A stretch of 64,000 nt of DNA from an uncultured delta proteobacterium (GCA_963778655.1 CAVZVA010000010.1:704001-768000), one strand, 5' to 3'. Counted from the first letter of the stretch, positions 23,806 to 33,055 are shown. Translations and numbers: made by a program. Notes: a model not told the origin generated them from the letters alone.

Positions 23806-25103
23806 CGCTCGACCTGACGCGACTCTCGGACACGCTGGCCGGCACCGAGACGGTCGCCACGCTGGGCCGGTTGCGCTCGGTGGTGGGTCTGGCGATCGAG
23901 GCCGACATTCCCGGCATCCGCCTGGGTGAGCTGTGCGAGATCGAGCGCCAGCACGGCGCACCGCTGCTGGCCGAGGTGGTCGGCTTCCGAGACCAGGCGG
24001 CCACCTTGCTGCCGCTGGGACGCGCGGAGGGCCTGGGCGCCGACGACCTGGTGCGGCCGTGCGAGCGCCGCCTGAGCGTGGCGTTCGGGCCCGGGCTGCT
24101 GGGGCGCGTGCTGGACGGTCTGGGCGAGCCGATGGACGGCGGACCGCCGATCGAAGGCGCGCGGCTGGAGGTGATGGCCGCAGCCCCGAGCCCGATCAGC
24201 CGCCCGCGGGTGCAGCACCGGCTCACCACCGGCGTGCGCGTGCTCGACGCGTTCGTGGCGCTGGCCGAAGGGCAGCGCATCGGACTGTTCGCAGGCAGTG
24301 GTGTAGGCAAGAGCAGCCTGCTCGGGCAGATTGCGCGCCAGGCCGACACCGACGTGTTCGTGGCTTGCCTGGTGGGCGAGCGCGGGCGCGAGCTCAACGA
24401 TTTCCTGCAGGACGCGTTGGGCGAGCGCGGCCGCCGCCGCGGCGTGGTGGTGTGCGCCGGAGCCGATAGCCCGCCGCTGGTGCGCATGAAGTGCCCGTAC
24501 GTGGCCACCGCCATCGCCGAGGGCTTCCGCGATCAGGGCAAGCGCGTGCTGCTGCTGATGGACAGCGTGACGCGCTTTGCACGCGCGGCGCGCGACGTGG
24601 GGCTGGCCGCGGGCGAGGCCCCGGTGCGGCGCGGCTACCCGCCGAGCGTGTTCGCAGCGCTGCCTGCGCTGGTCGAGCGCGCCGGCACGGCGCCGGCCGG
24701 TTCCATCACCGCGCTCTACAGCGTGCTGGTCGAAGGCGAGGACCTCGACGAGCCGATCGCCGATGAGCTGCGCGGCGTGCTCGACGGCCACATCGTGCTG
24801 CGGCGCGCGCTGGCCAGCCGCGGCCATTACCCGGCGGTCGACGTGCCGGCCAGCCTGTCGCGGCTAATGGAGCGCGTGGCCGGTGAGCGCGAGCGCGCGG
24901 CCGCCACCGCGGTGCGGGCGCATATCGCGGTCTACGAGCAGAAGCGGGATTTGCTGTCGCTCGGCGCCTACGCACCGGGTAGCGACGCGCAGCTCGACGC
25001 CGCGCTGCAGCGCATCGAGCGGATCGAGCGCTTCCTGCGGCAGGACGCCCGCGAGCCCTGCCCGCTCGAGCGCACGCTCGGCGACCTGCACGCGCTGGTC
25101 TGA
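23802..25103 (+). CDS. sctN: FliI/YscN (SctN) family type III secretion ATPase
   Basis: GLFAGSGVGKS, VGERGRE, DSVTRFARA, GEAPVRRGYPPSVF, GSITALY, LDGHIVL, SLSRLM. Confidence 0.9.
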   Translation: MTLDLTRLSDTLAGTETVATLGRLRSVVGLAIEADIPGIRLGELCEIERQHGAPLLAEVVGFRDQAATLLPLGRAEGLGADDLVRPCERRLSVAFGPGLLGRVLDGLGEPMDGGPPIEGARLEVMAAAPSPISRPRVQHRLTTGVRVLDAFVALAEGQRIGLFAGSGVGKSSLLGQIARQADTDVFVACLVGERGRELNDFLQDALGERGRRRGVVVCAGADSPPLVRMKCPYVATAIAEGFRDQGKRVLLLMDSVTRFARAARDVGLAAGEAPVRRGYPPSVFAALPALVERAGTAPAGSITALYSVLVEGEDLDEPIADELRGVLDGHIVLRRALASRGHYPAVDVPASLSRLMERVAGERERAAATAVRAHIAVYEQKRDLLSLGAYAPGSDAQLDAALQRIERIERFLRQDAREPCPLERTLGDLHALV

Positions 25104-25138
25104 GCCCACGTGCTATCGGCGGAGCCTTGCCCGACGGG

Positions 25139-25162
25139 CGGGAGGGTCGCGTGACCCTCCCG
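25139..25162 (-). repeat. REP-like hairpin family I, copy B (abuts the recF stop)
   Basis: Minus strand CGGGAGGGTC-ACGC-GACCCTCCCG. Confidence 0.85.
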
Positions 25163-26257
25163 TCAACTGACAGCCCGCACCAGGCCCGCCTCGACGTGGA
25201 AATCGCGCCGGTCGCGCTCCAGCAAGATCAGCTCCGGTTGGGTGGTGGTCAGGAAGACCTGACCGCCGAGCTCGGCCAGCACGCCGAATAGCCGCCGGTT
25301 ACGTGCCTTGTCGAGCTCGCTGGAGACGTCGTCGAGCAGCAGCACCGGAATGCGGCCCACGCGCCGGCTCAGCTCGTGCAGCTCAGCGACCTTGAGCGCC
25401 AGCACGATTGCGCGGTGCTGGCCCTGCGAGCCGAAACGCTTGGCGCCCTCCCCGTCGAGCGTGAACGAGAGCTCGTCGGCGTGCGGCCCCTCGGCGGTGA
25501 AGCCGCGAGCGAGATCCTTGTCCAGGCTCGACTCGAGCGCGGCGCGCAGCGCGGAGAGCTCGGGCGCCACGCGCGGCTGGTAGCGAATGCCCAGCGCGAG
25601 CTGATCGCCGCTGATCGCCTTGAAGGTGTCGACCACCAGCTCGCCGAGCTCAGCGCACAGGCGCGTGCGCGCCTGCCCGATCACCGTGCCCGCAGAGGCC
25701 AGCACCTCGTGATAGGACGCGATCGCGCGGCGGTTGGGAGCCTCGGCGCGTAACAGCCGATTGCGGCTGCGCAGCGCCCGCTCGTAGGCGGCCAGCATCG
25801 CGGCGTAGGTGGCGTCGAAGTGCTCGAGGATGCGATCGAGCCAGGCCCGGCGTAGCTCGGGCGCGCCGGCCACCAGCTGCAAGTCGCCCGGATGAAACAG
25901 CACAGTCTGGATCGCTCCCAGGTAGCTCGCGCGCGTACGCGGCCGCTTGCCGTCCAGCTGCAGCTCCCGTGCCCCGCGGCGGTGCAGGCGCACGCGGTAG
26001 CGCCGCGGCGCCGCCTCGCCCTCGACCAGCGCCGAGAGCTCGGCCTGCGGCTTGCCGCGCGCGATCATCTCCGCCGCGCTGGCACCGCGGAAGCTGCGCA
26101 GACTGCCGAGGTAGTCGATCGCTTCGAGCAGATTGGACTTGCCCTGGCCGTTGTCGCCGTAGATGACGTTGAAGCACGGGCCAGGCCCCAGCTCCAGGTC
26201 GCGCAGGTTGCGAAAACCGCTCACCATCAGCGCGGCGACGCGCAGCGCTTCAGTCAC
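25163..26257 (-). CDS. recF: DNA replication/repair protein RecF
   Basis: FRNL, GDNGQGKSNLLEAI, GPHADEL, GSQGQHR, LLLDDVSSELD. Confidence 0.96.
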   Translation of the reverse strand: MTEALRVAALMVSGFRNLRDLELGPGPCFNVIYGDNGQGKSNLLEAIDYLGSLRSFRGASAAEMIARGKPQAELSALVEGEAAPRRYRVRLHRRGARELQLDGKRPRTRASYLGAIQTVLFHPGDLQLVAGAPELRRAWLDRILEHFDATYAAMLAAYERALRSRNRLLRAEAPNRRAIASYHEVLASAGTVIGQARTRLCAELGELVVDTFKAISGDQLALGIRYQPRVAPELSALRAALESSLDKDLARGFTAEGPHADELSFTLDGEGAKRFGSQGQHRAIVLALKVAELHELSRRVGRIPVLLLDDVSSELDKARNRRLFGVLAELGGQVFLTTTQPELILLERDRRDFHVEAGLVRAVS

Positions 26258-26450
26258 GCGCTAAGGACCCCTCGCAACGCGGCGGATCGAACGAGGCCGG
26301 CGAATACGAGCGAGCGCAGCGAGCCCCGCGGAGGGGTGGGCTCCCGACAGCTTGGCTACGGACCCTGCGGGTCCTGGGGCGGGGAGGGCGCGTGCTCTCC
26401 CGAGCAACGAAAGCCAGCGAGGCCCGGTTTGGACGCGCGTAGACCAGCAT
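26250..26450 (-). CDS. Putative 66-aa repeat-derived ORF between dnaN and recF
   Basis: AGGAG upstream; stop overlaps the recF start; peptide shares TRPxRP...AVGxPP...ARCAR with the DUF3570 repeat peptide. Confidence 0.4.
   Translation of the reverse strand: MLVYARPNRASLAFVARESTRPPRPRTRRVRSQAVGSPPLRGARCARSYSPASFDPPRCEGSLARD
26303..26408 (-). repeat. REP-like family I, long copy E
   Basis: Minus strand CGGGAGAGC-ACGC-GCCCTCCCCGCCCCA...GGGGCTCGCTGCGCTCG, colinear with the 99-bp unit. Confidence 0.75.
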
Positions 26451-26483
26451 GTCTCGTGGCTCCTGCCTGCCTGCCTCGCTTGC

Positions 26484-27620
26484 TCAAATCCGCATCGGCA
26501 TGACCACGCCGATGAAATCAGTCGGCCCCACCGGCTTGATCACCCCTGGATCGAGCTGACCGCCGAGCTCGAGGGCGACCTCGTCCTCGCTCAGCGCCGA
26601 CAGCACATCGAGCAGGTAGCGCACGTTGAATCCGATCTCTACCGCCTCGCCGGCGAAGTCCACGTCCAGCTCCTCGCTGCCCTCGCCGATGTCCGGGTTC
26701 TCGCTGGTGATGCGCACGATGCCGGGCTCGACGCCGAAGCGCACCGCCCCGCTCTTGTCGTTGGCGACCAGGCTGATGCGTTTGAGCGCATCGACCAGCA
26801 GCAGCCGGCTCACCACCACTCTGCGCTGCTGGGTCTTGGGGATCACCTTGCCGTAGGGCGGGAACTGCTCCTCGGCGAGCTTCACGCTTAGCATCATGTC
26901 ATCGTGGCGGAAGAACGCGTTGCCGCCCGTGGTCGCCACGTTCAGCATGGCCGCGCCCTCTTCGCTCTTGGCCTTGCCTGCACGCGCTTCCTCGATCATG
27001 CGCCGCAGCTCGCTGACGCCCTTGCTCGGCACCAGCATCTGAAAGTTCAGCAACTTCCCGCCCTCACGCTGCTTGTACTCGGCCTTGGACAGGCGGTGCC
27101 CGTCGGTCGTCACCATGCGCACCGTCTTGCCGTCGCCCTCCAGCAACGCGCCCGAGAGGTGCGGCCGCGTCTCGTCCGATGACATCGAGTAGTGCGTGAG
27201 CGCGATCAGCCGCCCCAGCTCCTCGGCCGACAGCTCGCTCATCTCCACGCCGCCCGGGCTCGGCAGTGCTGGAAAGTCGTTGCCCGGCATGCCCGGGATC
27301 TTGAAGCGCACGCGACCTGAGCGAATCTCGGTGGCAAAGTTGTCGAGCACCTTCAGGCTCACATCGCCCTCGGGCAGGCTCTTGACGATTTCGAACAGCG
27401 TGCGCGCAGCGACCGCGATCGTGCCGCCGCTCTGAATGCTCGCCGGCGTGCTGGAGCTGACCGCGAGGTAGAGGTCGGTTGCAGCGAAGCGCAGCGTCTT
27501 CCGATCTTCGGCGGTGAGCAGAATGTTCGAGAGAATCGGCATCGAGCTCTTGCGGTCCGCAACGGAGTGCGTTCGCGCCAAGCCGCGCATGAATTCCTTC
27601 TTGCTGATGGTCAGTTCCAT
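26484..27620 (-). CDS. dnaN: DNA polymerase III beta clamp
   Basis: MPILSNILL, ATDL, TTDGHRL, IGFNVRYLLDVL, VVMPMRI. Confidence 0.97.
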   Translation of the reverse strand: MELTISKKEFMRGLARTHSVADRKSSMPILSNILLTAEDRKTLRFAATDLYLAVSSSTPASIQSGGTIAVAARTLFEIVKSLPEGDVSLKVLDNFATEIRSGRVRFKIPGMPGNDFPALPSPGGVEMSELSAEELGRLIALTHYSMSSDETRPHLSGALLEGDGKTVRMVTTDGHRLSKAEYKQREGGKLLNFQMLVPSKGVSELRRMIEEARAGKAKSEEGAAMLNVATTGGNAFFRHDDMMLSVKLAEEQFPPYGKVIPKTQQRRVVVSRLLLVDALKRISLVANDKSGAVRFGVEPGIVRITSENPDIGEGSEELDVDFAGEAVEIGFNVRYLLDVLSALSEDEVALELGGQLDPGVIKPVGPTDFIGVVMPMRI

Positions 27621-27749
27621 GCCTGCTGTCCCTCGGTCTGGGCGAGAGGTTTCCCATGCCGGACGGTCCGAGTAAACCCTGATCCGGGCTCAGGCCGACC
27701 GAGTCGTGAGCGCGGCTGTCCGAGCGCGCGCGTGCGGTGAAGCTCCGAT

Positions 27750-27950
27750 CGGGATCTGAATTTTAAGAACGTCTCCGTCATCTATCTTGTGGATTGTGGG
27801 ATCAGGACTCTAACCCGGCGACACTCAAGGGGATTGTGCCAAAGCCCAGGGGGGACGAGGAGGTGCGTTCGCGGTGCTTTCGGCAAACCACAGCCAATCC
27901 ACAGCGAAGCACATGGCGCTTGTCCAGATCCCATGCACAGCACAAAAAGT
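27750..27950. other. Probable chromosomal origin oriC (AT-rich patch plus DnaA-box-like cluster)
   Basis: dnaA-dnaN spacer; GAATTTTAAGAA patch, TCATCTATCT next to TGTGGATTG/TGTGGGATC (27788-27803), and CAAACCACA, CAATCCACA, CGAAGCACA, CCATGCACA at 27884-27939. Confidence 0.65.
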
Positions 27951-28027
27951 CGGCGGCGGCGGGGTCGCGGGCTCGCGCGTGCCGGCGCAGGGGAGATCGA
28001 TTTCGGGCTCAAGTCCGCGCGTGTCGG

Positions 28028-28157
28028 CGCGCTCGTGCTGGGCGCCGCCGCACGCGTGCAGCCATTCCAAGACGAGCAGCAAGCCGGGACGCGCTCGTGC
28101 TGGGCGCCGCCGCTTGCGGGCAGCCACTCCAACAGGAGCAGCAAGCGGCGCCGCGCT
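28028..28157. repeat. Imperfect 62-bp tandem duplication just after the dnaA stop
   Basis: CGCGCTCGTGCTGGGCGCCGCCGC...GCAGCCA.TCCAA...GAGCAGCAAGC at 28028 and 28090; third CGCGCTC start at 28152. Confidence 0.85.
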
Positions 28158-29536
28158 CAGCTCTTCTTGAGCTTGAGCTTGAGCATGATCGCCTCGACGC
28201 AGTCGAGCAGCTCGCGATCCGCGCTCTCGATGCGGCTCTCGATCTTGCGCACCGCGCTCATGACCGTGGTGTGGTCCTTACCGCCGAAGCGCTCGCCAAG
28301 CTCGGTGTAGCTCGTCTTCAGACGCTGGCGGCACAGGTACATCGCGATCATGCGCGGCTGCGCGACCGAGCGGTGGCGCCGCGGCGAGCGCAGGTCGGAC
28401 ATGCGGATGTTGAAGTACTCGCAGACCGCGCGCTGGATGTCCTCCACGCTGGCGATGCTCTCGGGCCTGGGCGCGGGCACGTGCAGCGTCTCGCGCGCGA
28501 AGCTGAGCTCGATCGGCCGCTTGAGCAGCTCGGCCTTGACCGCGAGCCGCAGCAGCGTGCCTTCCAGCTCGCGCACGTTGCTCTTGATCATCTGCGCCAG
28601 AAACGTGGCGACCTCGTGCGGCAGCTCGATGCCTTCCTGCTCCGCCTTCTTTTTCACGATCGCCATGCGGGTGTCGAGCTCCGGCGCCTGGATGTCGGCC
28701 ACCATGCCCCACTGGAAGCGGCTGATCAGCCGTTCTTCCATCTTGCCGATCTGTTGCGGGAAGACGTCGCTCGAGACCACGATCTGCTTGTCGGAGTGGT
28801 AGAGCGCATTGAAGGTGTGGAAGAACTCTTCCTGCGTCTGCTCGCGCGTCGCCAGGAACTGGATGTCGTCCATCAACAGCACGTCGCACTGATTGCGATA
28901 GCGGCTGCGAAACTCGTTGATGCGGTGGTTCTGCAGCGCCCAGATGAACTCATTGGTGAAGCGTTCGGCCGAGACGTAGAGGATGCGCGCGTCGGGTCGA
29001 TCGCGCAGCACGCGGTGGCCGACTGCGTTGACCAGGTGCGTCTTGCCGAGCCCTACACCGCCGTAGATGAAGAGCGGATTGTAGCGCGTGCCCGGGCTGG
29101 AGGCGGCCGCGATCGCAGCCGCTTGCGCGAGCTGATTGGAAGGCCCCACCACGAATGTTTCGAACCGATACTTGGGGTTGAGATTGGTGGGCAGACGCGG
29201 CGGCTCGGCCGGACGCGGCGGCGCGCTCGACTCCCGCTTTTCCGTGCGGCGGTCGGGCTCGCTCAACGCTTCGTCGACTTTCCACTCCACTTCGATGTTC
29301 TCGATGCAGGCGCGCGCGCGCAGCGACTCGAGCAGCAAGTCTAGATAGTGTGCGCGGATCCAGTCCGCATAGAAGCGATTCGGGCAGGCGATGCGCAGAC
29401 GATTTCCTTCGAAGCCATCGAAGCGAATCGCGCCCAGCCAGGTCTCGAAGTGCTCAGCGGAGAGCTTGTCCCGCAGGTCGGCGAGCGCGGATTCCCAATG
29501 ATCCTTCATGGACGGACGTCCCTGCTCATCAGCCAC
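28157..29536 (-). CDS. dnaA: Chromosomal replication initiator DnaA
   Basis: LNPKYRFETFVVG, YNPLFIYGGVGLGKTHL, DDIQF, SNVRELEG, GGKDHTTV; start 29536 or 29509. Confidence 0.98.
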   Translation of the reverse strand: MADEQGRPSMKDHWESALADLRDKLSAEHFETWLGAIRFDGFEGNRLRIACPNRFYADWIRAHYLDLLLESLRARACIENIEVEWKVDEALSEPDRRTEKRESSAPPRPAEPPRLPTNLNPKYRFETFVVGPSNQLAQAAAIAAASSPGTRYNPLFIYGGVGLGKTHLVNAVGHRVLRDRPDARILYVSAERFTNEFIWALQNHRINEFRSRYRNQCDVLLMDDIQFLATREQTQEEFFHTFNALYHSDKQIVVSSDVFPQQIGKMEERLISRFQWGMVADIQAPELDTRMAIVKKKAEQEGIELPHEVATFLAQMIKSNVRELEGTLLRLAVKAELLKRPIELSFARETLHVPAPRPESIASVEDIQRAVCEYFNIRMSDLRSPRRHRSVAQPRMIAMYLCRQRLKTSYTELGERFGGKDHTTVMSAVRKIESRIESADRELLDCVEAIMLKLKLKKS

Positions 29537-29970
29537 GAGCCAGCCCTCTCACAACAGCCATCCGCCGCTGTCAGCGGCCCGACAGCGAGGCTTCCCCTTC
29601 GACCTCGACGCCTTCTTTCCTGCATCAGGTGAACGCGTCGTTCGGTCTACCCTCGTGCGCGTGGATGGAGGGCAGAAGCTAGCAAACGGGTGCCAGGTCG
29701 TCTACCGGGATCACGCGCGGTCCGCGAAAAAAAAGTGCGGCGGCGCCGATCTTTTTCGAGCGTTGCGCGCGCGCCGTGTGCTTACGCGCGCAACCTGCGC
29801 AGAGCCGACCACCGAGTCGCGTACGTGAGTCTGCGTGTCAACGTGTGCACCGAGCCGTGGCGGCCTAGCGAACGGCCGAGCGTGTCGCGGCGGCGCGTGT
29901 GAAGCCACCGCCGGTCGGTCAACAATTTGGTGCGACTCGCGCAGCGCTGCTAGCTTGCGGGCAGGTCGGA

Positions 29971-30900
29971 ATGCTGACTTCGGAATCGCGCTCGAACCGT
30001 TTCGTGCTGCGCCCCGACCGAGCGGCGCGCGTGGCTTGCGCCTTGCTGGGGTGCGTTGCGTTACTTTGGGCTGCGCCCGCGGCGGCGCTGGATTGCAAGG
30101 GCATCAGCAAACGCGATTGCCCGCAGGCAGTGGCCGCGGAGACTCCGCGCGGGCTCTCGCTGGGGACCGGCGTGCGGGCGTCGTCGATCTCGACGTCCGC
30201 GCTCGCGTACAGTCCGGCGGCGCTCGCGCTTGGCAATCTGTACCACATCGAAGGCAACGTCGATTACATGACCGCCGTGAAGACCGCCGCATTGGGCGGC
30301 GCGGTGGTCGACTCGTCGACCAGTAAGCTGGGCGCGGGCATCGGGCTGCGAGGCTTCCTTTCCGGTACGAATGGTTACGGGGGCCTCGACGGCCGACTGG
30401 GGCTGGCGTTTCCGCTTTCTGACGCGTTTGCCGTGGGCCTGGCCGGCCGATACATCTCGTTGACCCAGGCCGGAACCAAGCTCGCGCGCGGCTTCACCAT
30501 GGACGCGTCTTTGCGGATCGCGCCGGTCAGCGGTCTCCAGATCGACATCGGTGCGTTGAACTTCATCGACATCAGCTCCCCGTACGTGCCGGTCACCGTC
30601 ACCAGTGGCGTCGCGGTCGCGCTGATGCCCTCGCTCAGCGTAGGCGCGGACGTGCTGATGGATCTGTCGAGCTTTTCCACCGTGCAACTCACCGCCGGGG
30701 GAGGACTGGAGTTCCTGGCGGGCGAATCGGTGCCCCTGCGCATCGGATACAGCGCCGATCTCGCACGCGGCGTGCACGCGCTCGGCGTCGGCGTCGGTTA
30801 CACCGATCAACGCGTGGGTCTGGACCTGGGCTTGAAGCAGGAGCTCTCCCGCGGCCACGACACGCGGATCATGGGCGCGATCCGCTACTACGTGAACTGA
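29971..30900 (+). CDS. Hypothetical exported protein, probable outer-membrane beta-barrel
   Basis: Signal peptide (APAAA), alternating beta-strand pattern, ends AIRYYVN; start uncertain. Confidence 0.65.
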   Translation: MLTSESRSNRFVLRPDRAARVACALLGCVALLWAAPAAALDCKGISKRDCPQAVAAETPRGLSLGTGVRASSISTSALAYSPAALALGNLYHIEGNVDYMTAVKTAALGGAVVDSSTSKLGAGIGLRGFLSGTNGYGGLDGRLGLAFPLSDAFAVGLAGRYISLTQAGTKLARGFTMDASLRIAPVSGLQIDIGALNFIDISSPYVPVTVTSGVAVALMPSLSVGADVLMDLSSFSTVQLTAGGGLEFLAGESVPLRIGYSADLARGVHALGVGVGYTDQRVGLDLGLKQELSRGHDTRIMGAIRYYVN

Positions 30901-31043
30901 GCCGCGGCGAATGCCGGCAGCCGGGCTGTGTGCTCGTGCGCGCACCTTGTAGCATCGTGCGCGCAGGTTGTTCGTTTGCGGGAACGGAACCCGGCTTGCC
31001 CCGCGGTGTCGAACCCGGAGAGATCGACTCCCACCATTCCAGC

Positions 31044-31631
31044 ATGGCTTCCGACGAACGGCGCCTGGTCGAGCGGCTCAAGCGCAGGGACGAGGCGGCG
31101 TTCAATCAGCTCGTGCGGGAACACCAGGACGCGGTCTTTCGCCTGCTGCTGCGTATGCTCGGTGACGCCGCCGAAGCCGAGGACGTGGCGCAGGAAGTCT
31201 TCGTGAGCGTGTTCAAGGCGATCGACGGCTTTCGCGGAGACTCCGCGCTCGCCACCTGGCTGCACCGCATCGCCGCCAACCAGGCCAAGAACCGGCTCAA
31301 GTACCTGGCGCGGCGCGAGCATGACGCGCAGCGACCGCTCGACGAGCGCAGCGAACGTCGCGTCACGACCGGATCGGCGCTAGCGGCCCGGCCGGCGACG
31401 CCCGCGGAGCTGGCCGAAAGCCAGCAGGCCGAGCACCACGTGCGTCAGGCGCTGCTCGCGCTGGACCAGGAGCAGCGCCTGCTGGTGACGCTGCGCGATC
31501 TCGAGGACATGAGCTACGAGGACATAAGGCAGATCACCGGATTGCCGATCGGGACCGTCAAGAGCAAGCTGCACCGCGCGCGCCTGGCGCTGCACCAGCG
31601 CTTCGATGCGCTGCAACGGGGCACCCGATGA
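31044..31631 (+). CDS. ECF RNA polymerase sigma factor
   Basis: AEDVAQEVF, TWLHRIAAN, MSYEDI, GTVKSKLHRAR. Confidence 0.93.
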   Translation: MASDERRLVERLKRRDEAAFNQLVREHQDAVFRLLLRMLGDAAEAEDVAQEVFVSVFKAIDGFRGDSALATWLHRIAANQAKNRLKYLARREHDAQRPLDERSERRVTTGSALAARPATPAELAESQQAEHHVRQALLALDQEQRLLVTLRDLEDMSYEDIRQITGLPIGTVKSKLHRARLALHQRFDALQRGTR

Positions 31632-31999
31632 CCGCGGACGAAGCGCGCGAGCTGTTCAGCGATGCGCTCGAAGGCGAGCTCGACCCGGCTCGCCTGGGCG
31701 AGCTGCAGGCCGCGCTGGCCCGCGATCCTGCGCTGGCCCGCGAGTACGAGGCCTTCGTGCAGACGCTGCGTCGCGTGCGCGGCGCGGAGGCGCCCCCGGC
31801 CGGCGCGCCCGACTTGCTGCCGGGCGTGCAGCGACGCCTGCGCGAGCGCAGCCGCGGGCGCTTCTATGCCGACCGCTTTGCCGAGCGCCGCGGCCGTGGG
31901 CTCGCACAGCCGCTGCTGCTCGGGCTGGTGCTGCTCTTGCTGCTGGGCTTGAGCTGGCTCGGCCTGTCGTTGCTGCAGCACGTCACGCTTGCGCCCTGA
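31628..31999 (+). CDS. Probable membrane anti-sigma factor
   Basis: ATGA overlap with sigma gene; ARELFSDALEGEL anti-sigma-like N-terminus without the HxxxCxxC ligands; C-terminal TM helix. Confidence 0.75.
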   Translation: MTADEARELFSDALEGELDPARLGELQAALARDPALAREYEAFVQTLRRVRGAEAPPAGAPDLLPGVQRRLRERSRGRFYADRFAERRGRGLAQPLLLGLVLLLLLGLSWLGLSLLQHVTLAP

Positions 32000-32083
32000 G
32001 CCGGAGCTGGGTTTCCAGCTCCGCGCTGGCTTGAACTCGAGCCGGGCCACGGCCAAGCTAGATCTCACCGATTCGAATCGGAA

Positions 32084-32794
32084 GTGATCATGCGCTGCGC
32101 TGTGTGCCTGGTGCTGATGAGCTTGTGGGGCTGCGCCGGGTCGGACGCGGCGGCCGCCGGCACCTCCCAGACGGACACGGGTGGGATGGGCGACGCCGGT
32201 GTAAGCGATAGTGACCACGATGGCCTGTGCGACGTGACCGAGGAGCAGCTCGGCACCGACCCGCACGCGGCCGATACGGATGGCGACGGGCTGCCGGACC
32301 TGATCGAGGTGGGCAACAACTTCGATCCCACCGATCCCCAGTCGCCGCAGAGCGGGCGCGTGGCGTACCTGCAGGCAGAGCCAAGCGCGGTCGTCGACTT
32401 TCAGGTGCGCTTCACCGTCAATGGCGATGGACAAGGCGTGAGCGGCGGCTTCGAAACCATCACCTCGATCTACGGCGACGGGGTGACCGCGGGCGACTTC
32501 TTCACCGGCGCGCAGGCGGTCTCGGCCGATCCGACCGACGGCGTGCGCAGCATCGACGGGGCCGCGGCCCGCTTTGCCTCGGTGCTGGGCCGAGCCCGGC
32601 TAGGGTTCAGCTTGCGCTTCGAGTACCCGGGCGACGGCCCGCAGCGGACCTGCGCCCGCGCGTATCCGTTCAGATACAGCGTCAAGGCTGACGACGGCAC
32701 CACGCTGGCGCAGCAGCAGCTGCTGCTCGCGCTCACGCCCGATGCCAAAGTCGGCAAGCAGGTCGATTACTGTCTGCCCAGCGACTGCCAGTAG
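32084..32794 (+). CDS. Lipoprotein with DxDxDG Ca-binding (TSP3-like) repeats
   Basis: LWGC lipobox; DSDHDGLCD, DTDGDGLPD. Confidence 0.75.
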   Translation: MIMRCAVCLVLMSLWGCAGSDAAAAGTSQTDTGGMGDAGVSDSDHDGLCDVTEEQLGTDPHAADTDGDGLPDLIEVGNNFDPTDPQSPQSGRVAYLQAEPSAVVDFQVRFTVNGDGQGVSGGFETITSIYGDGVTAGDFFTGAQAVSADPTDGVRSIDGAAARFASVLGRARLGFSLRFEYPGDGPQRTCARAYPFRYSVKADDGTTLAQQQLLLALTPDAKVGKQVDYCLPSDCQ

Positions 32795-32818
32795 CAGCCT
32801 TGCGCAGCAGTCTCGTGG

Positions 32819-33055
32819 CTACTCCATGCCGCTCATCTGGCGGGCGCGCTTGCGGCGGCGGCGGGCGGCCTCCGCCTCCTTCTTGCGGCGCTTGACCGAG
32901 GGCTTCATGTAGTGCCGGCGCCGCTTGAGCTCGCGCAGGATGCCCTCGTTGGCCATTTTGCGCTTGAGGTGCTTGATCGCACGGTCGAGGCCGCGGTCAC
33001 CCACGACCACCTCGACGGGCTTGCACTGAACGGCATCTCCAATCGGCGCTTGCAT
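32819..33055 (-). CDS. rpsU: 30S ribosomal protein S21
   Basis: LDRAIKHLKRK...GILRELKRRRHYMKPSVKRRKK. Confidence 0.93.
   Translation of the reverse strand: MQAPIGDAVQCKPVEVVVGDRGLDRAIKHLKRKMANEGILRELKRRRHYMKPSVKRRKKEAEAARRRRKRARQMSGME

Noticed and set aside
23802..25103. F1 ATP synthase beta subunit or flagellar locus
   Set aside because: Motifs fit FliI/SctN, and no atp or flagellar genes are nearby
29681..29695. Sigma54 promoter for dnaA (TGGCAC...TTGCT)
   Set aside because: GG-to-GC spacing is 9 nt rather than the required 10
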